Positions 59,820 to 64,000 of a stretch of 64,000 nucleotides of DNA are shown in pieces. Positions within the stretch are counted from its first letter, which is position 1; the number at the start of each line of letters is the position of its first letter. Both the position numbers and the translations under genes were made by a program. The stretch is from positions 418,448 through 482,447 of the forward strand of contig NW_008246082.1 of assembly GCF_000281045.1 (NCBI RefSeq). Reading direction: 5' to 3'. Source of the DNA: Saprolegnia diclina VS20 (lineage: Eukaryota). The notes under the pieces are model-generated. The model did not search any database and was not told where the DNA came from. It was given only the letters and a program-made list of their open reading frames with translations.

Positions 59820-62800
59820 GACACCACATTCTTGTTCGTCTTGGCGCGCACGAGCGACTCGATGGTCGTCACGAGGCTGCCCACGCGTTGCACCTACACA
59901 CTCACGTCGTAGAGTCCATGCGGGAGCTACGCTTGTACCTTGGCGTCGAGGTCGTCGAGGACGGCACTGCGCTTGGCGTGCGCCGCGACAAGCAGCGGCA
60001 CCACCGACTCCCCCTTCCACTCGCGCACTAGTTGAAGTCCCATCGTCCCCGTAGGCTCAGTCTTTGTTCCAAGTGTACCTTTGCCGACAACATCGTCGCC
60101 GTCGGTAATCGCGCCGAGCCGGAGTTCGCGCACCTGGGATGCAAGACATCGTCTCCATACTCGAGACGACGACACGACCGATACCTTTTGCATGTACTTG
60201 AAGAGCGCGCGGTCCGCCGAGTGCGTCGCCTTGTTGGCTTTCTCGAGCTTGTGCCGGCGCCACGCGGCTTTGATGAGGTTCACGGCGGCGTCCAGTCGCG
60301 ACTTCTGCCAGCGCTTGTAGCGCACAACGTACAGGACCCGCTCTTCGCCAAACGTGGTTTGGAGCGACCCCATGAAGAGCGACGTGAGCATTGAAATGAC
60401 CTACTTGCGTGCATCAACGCCAGATCACGGAGGGCGTCGTACGATGGTGCCGCCAATGATGCCACCGAGGACCGTGAGGAAGCGGCCGCCGCGCGTGCGG
60501 GCGTAGTAATCCCCGTACCCGACGGTCGCCATCGTCACGACAATGAGCCACGAGGACGTCAGATCCGAGTCGAGCGCCGACGGGATGCTACGCTCCATGA
60601 CCGAGACGCCCGCGGCCGTCGCGAGCCACGTCACGAGCGTGCAAAACACAAACGCAAACACTAGTCGCCGCTTCAAACCTCGGCAATACCACATTTCAAA
60701 CGACTTTCGTACCAGGACGGTGGTGAAAGATCGCGCGAAAGTGCCAGAGCGGCGAGTCGGTGCTCACGTTGTGGAGCGACCCGAGGAAGTCGACGCGCTG
60801 GCCGTAAAACCCAGAGTGGTTCCGGACAAGGCGCACAATCCAGTAGAGCCGCACGAGCATGACGAGCCCGAGCGTCTCGACGGGGTACCGTAGGCGGTAG
60901 TAGCACCCGCCGTCGAGCCGGAGCATCTGACAACGACAAACGTTGCGTCTCGACACGATATATCGCAGCGTACCGGTAGCGTGCACGTCGACGCGTCGAA
61001 TTGAAACTCGTCGAGCACGACAAAGCCCGTGATGAACGGCGGGACGATCCACAAATTCGCCATCAGCTCGGCCACGAGCGTCAACCGCGTCGCTGGGTGG
61101 CGCCACAAGGTCGCACACGCCGGCACTTGGTGCCGAAGCTTTGCGATTTGCAGCGTCAGCTGCGTGCGCGTCACGAGCTGCGACGCGAGCACGAGCGTCG
61201 AGACCAAGATGACCACACTGTACGTTTGGCCGGGTGCCGATAGCTACGCGAAGGCGTCCGCTTCCTGAAGAAGAGAGGTGCGCGTACCGCATTGCGAGGG
61301 TACGTGATGTGCCCAAAGACAACGTCCACTAGAGACACATGTGGTCCAGTTCCGCATCTTTGACTGCATGTACCTTCCCAGATCGAATGCAGCTGGAAGA
61401 GCATGAGGAGCAGTCCCAGCATCGCGAGCGTGATGCACACGCCGTCAACGTGCTTTCGAAGCGCGTAGAGGTGTTTGATGGACGCTAATTGACGCAGCGC
61501 TACGCAGCGACCATGTAATTTTTTCAACAAACAAGACGATCGCACCCTCGCTGGCGACCGCCGTGAGCGCCGAGCTCTGGAGCTGCGCGCTGTACGTCGT
61601 GGCTTTGACCCCTTGCATGTGCACGGCCACCGTGAAGCGGCTGTCTTCCGTCCACGCCTACAGAGCACAGAATCAACGACGCCCGTCAACGTCCGAACGA
61701 CGTACGAGACGAAAGAAGAGGAAGAGCGCGATGAGCGTGATGTACAAGGCGGGCATTTGGTCAAAGACGGGCCAGCCAAAGTGGCGCCCGACAGTCGGCT
61801 CGGTCGAGAGCCCTATCTCAACGCATATGCCGACGTCGAAAACGCGTATCCCAGTAGATACCCGTGGCGTTGATGGGGAGCGTATAGCAGAGCGCACCAC
61901 ATGCACGCGCAGCAAGCCACGTTGCGTTGGTGATGGAGAGGATCCGGTGCGTCGACGGGTCCGTCACTTGGCCGTACGACGCAGGCTCGTAGTTGAGCTG
62001 CTGGCCAAAGACCCACATGTCCAGCGGTAGCATCCAGAGCTACTCCAGCGGATGAGACGAAGCGCATCTTGTTGTCGTACCGTGAGCGAGGCGACGAGCC
62101 ACTTGCCCGTGAGCACGACGCGGCGGCGTCCCACGCGCAGCGCTAGGCACTCGGTCTTTAGCCCCGGGAGGTAAATGCCGCGGACGGTCGCCAGCGTCGG
62201 GAAATCCCAGTCTTGTACGAGCACCTGGCATCGGCAACGTAGTCGCGACAGACTACGAAAGCGGACGTACCACAAGGTGGAGAACAACCACGAGACCGCT
62301 AAGGAACGCCCGCCACGAGTCGTGCAAAAGGTGATCGGGCGACCGGCCAAAGAGCGCTTGGCACCAAGTCGAGAAGGCAGGCAGGCCCAGCACCGCAAAG
62401 ACGATGGCGCCGACAATGTACAGCCAGAAGAAGAAGATGCGGCACGCGTGGTGGCGCCACACGTGCGTGCGCAGCGCGAGCATCCAGCCGCCATACACTG
62501 CCTACCATACAATACTATTAATCTATCAACGAGGTAGAGAGGAAGCGGCGTACATCGCAGCGGGTCGAGTCTTGGAGCATCGTGTCGAGCACGGCAAAGA
62601 GAACGAGCGCGTTGAAGACGAGCGAGATGCCCCGGACCGCGGGGTACAGCTCAACGTACGAGACGTCGACGACGCCCGTGACCTACATCGTCCGTGACAT
62701 CCTCGTCTTCTGCTTGGACACAGGCATCATACAGCGAGCGTCGAGGGCACAAAGCAGTTGTAGATGGAGGCAGCGACGACCATGACGAGCGGGGTGACGA

Positions 62801-63460
62801 CGAGCATGACCGCCCACGAACCCTGCGACGACGACCCGATGTGCACCTCGTGGCGGAAAGCCTTGCCATCGTTCGCAGTGCCCGACACTAGGATGCGTTG
62901 GCGACGACGTATAAGCAGCGACGGAGCGTACCACTGCGATAGGTAGCAGGCTGGAGGGTCCCGTCCGCCGCCTTGGTCTCGACGGACCTGCTTCGCATGA
63001 TGAAAGGTTCAAGGACCACTGTACACGCACCGAAAGCTCGCATGGCCGGCGGAAAACATAGTCCAGGACTCATGGAGCGCTGGGAAGACGGCAAGTCGAG
63101 CCAAGACGGCGCCGAGCACGAGCGAGACCATGGCAGCAATCACGCGCGCCGCCTAATGCGTCGCATGAGCGTTTGCATCTCGGTTGCACGTACGTTGGTG
63201 CTGCTTGTATCGTCTTGCAGCGTCGAGCGGCAAAGGAAGTTGAACGCGGTGCCATACAGCGGAATGTAGGCCGCCGCATGCGAGAGGCCGACCGGGTTGG
63301 TCTGGTGCACGATGACGTTGAGCACGAGGAGCAGGAGCGCAGCGAGGACGCGCATGTAGGGCTGGCGCAGCGAGCTTCCCGTTCGCGTCTCCTGGCGCTC
63401 GACGTACGTCGTCTTGCCCCGGCGCCGGACGACCCACGGGTCGACGGTCCAGAACCCCAT
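59816..63460 (-). CDS. TMEM117-like domain fused to an SK/IK-type potassium channel (6TM, TVGYG filter, CaM-binding-like tail), multi-exon
   Basis: TMEM117-like motifs RQPYMRVLAA..NPVGLSH, LDTMLQD, RIFFFW, VQDWDFP...IYLPGL, LTGKW and YEPASYGQ. Intron 61705-61658 joins in frame to the channel (MLVRLYWIVR, WLIVVTMATVGYGDYY, AAVNLIKAAWR). Alternative model: two genes, with the channel starting at 61618. Confidence 0.75.
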
Positions 63461-63600
63461 TTTCCTCGCGACTGATGGAAAAATAGATTCCTTTGGCTAT
63501 TTATTTTATGCGCACAATCAATACAGCATACATATACACTGTGAACCATGCGAAAATAAAATAAACCGACAAATGACAACCGCCCGCATAACCGATTGTG

Positions 63601-64000
63601 ATGGAGACCGACGAGGACGCGCTCTTCCTCCTTGAACTCATCGTCGACAGCCTGAGCTTGGAAGGACTTGCTTGCTCTGCTGACCAAGCGCTCTCGATCG
63701 GCTTCCAGCTGCTTGCGTTCGACGTTGTCCTGCTGCATGACGTCCATCTCAAGGCTACCGAGCAGGCATGTCTTGTCCAGAAGGGCAAGTCGTGCATGTT
63801 CCGCATGCCCATGGACCGTTTCGTGGACGACGTCGCTGCGACGCCGCTCGCTCTCATGGTATTGAAGACCTCCAATACGACCTCAATGCAGCTCCTCGCG
63901 TTCACGTGCATCGACTTGCCGATGGTTTGTCGTCGTCGAAGGATGAACGACGGTCTCATGACACATAGCACAGCCGAGCCGCCACGCGCGCTCGGAACGC
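63601..64000 (+). CDS. 5' part of a MAP10/DUF4497-like C2-type protein (runs off the window)
   Basis: METDEDALFLLELIVDSL...GFQLLAFDVVLL...KGKSCMFRM. Open frame with no stop before the window end, hence absent from the ORF track. Confidence 0.6.
   Translation, partial: METDEDALFLLELIVDSLSLEGLACSADQALSIGFQLLAFDVVLLHDVHLKATEQACLVQKGKSCMFRMPMDRFVDDVAATPLALMVLKTSNTTSMQLLAFTCIDLPMVCRRRRMNDGLMTHSTAEPPRALGT

Noticed and set aside
63070..63971. Minus-strand ORFs 63070-63747 and 63501-63971
   Set aside because: Better explained as antisense of the + strand gene starting at 63601 and off-frame overlap with the TMEM117-like exon

Overview
Gene-dense, GC-rich eukaryotic DNA with many short (~40-55 nt) GT-AG introns. 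It is almost certainly an oomycete of the Saprolegnia type: the front-end delta-5 desaturase resembles the Saprolegnia diclina enzyme as I recall it, and a GPCR-PIP kinase and Saprolegnia-type ankyrin repeats are present. About 33 protein-coding genes can be read, mostly multi-exon, so outer coordinates come from manual splicing and are approximate where stated. They include delta-5 desaturase, RNase Z, Cof-HAD hydrolase, SWI3/SMARCC, USO1/p115, a DIM1-type methyltransferase, an amidohydrolase, subtilisin, a HECT E3 ligase, GPCR-PIPK, SAS-4/CENPJ, RPS4 and a cyclophilin. A PIF/Harbinger-like MITE lies at 38-638. Highlights: (1) an apparent in-frame fusion of a TMEM117-like membrane domain to an SK-type (TVGYG, CaM-binding) K+ channel; (2) a palindromic RTCCGGAT motif recurring in promoter-like regions; (3) a FYVE-GRAM-VASt lipid-transfer protein; (4) a paralogous pair of membrane-anchored proteins with an unassigned enzyme-like domain; (5) a cryptic 5-exon gene whose stop codon overlaps the channel's stop codon. 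I recognised no rRNA, tRNA or CRISPR array. All family assignments are from motif recognition, not database searches.
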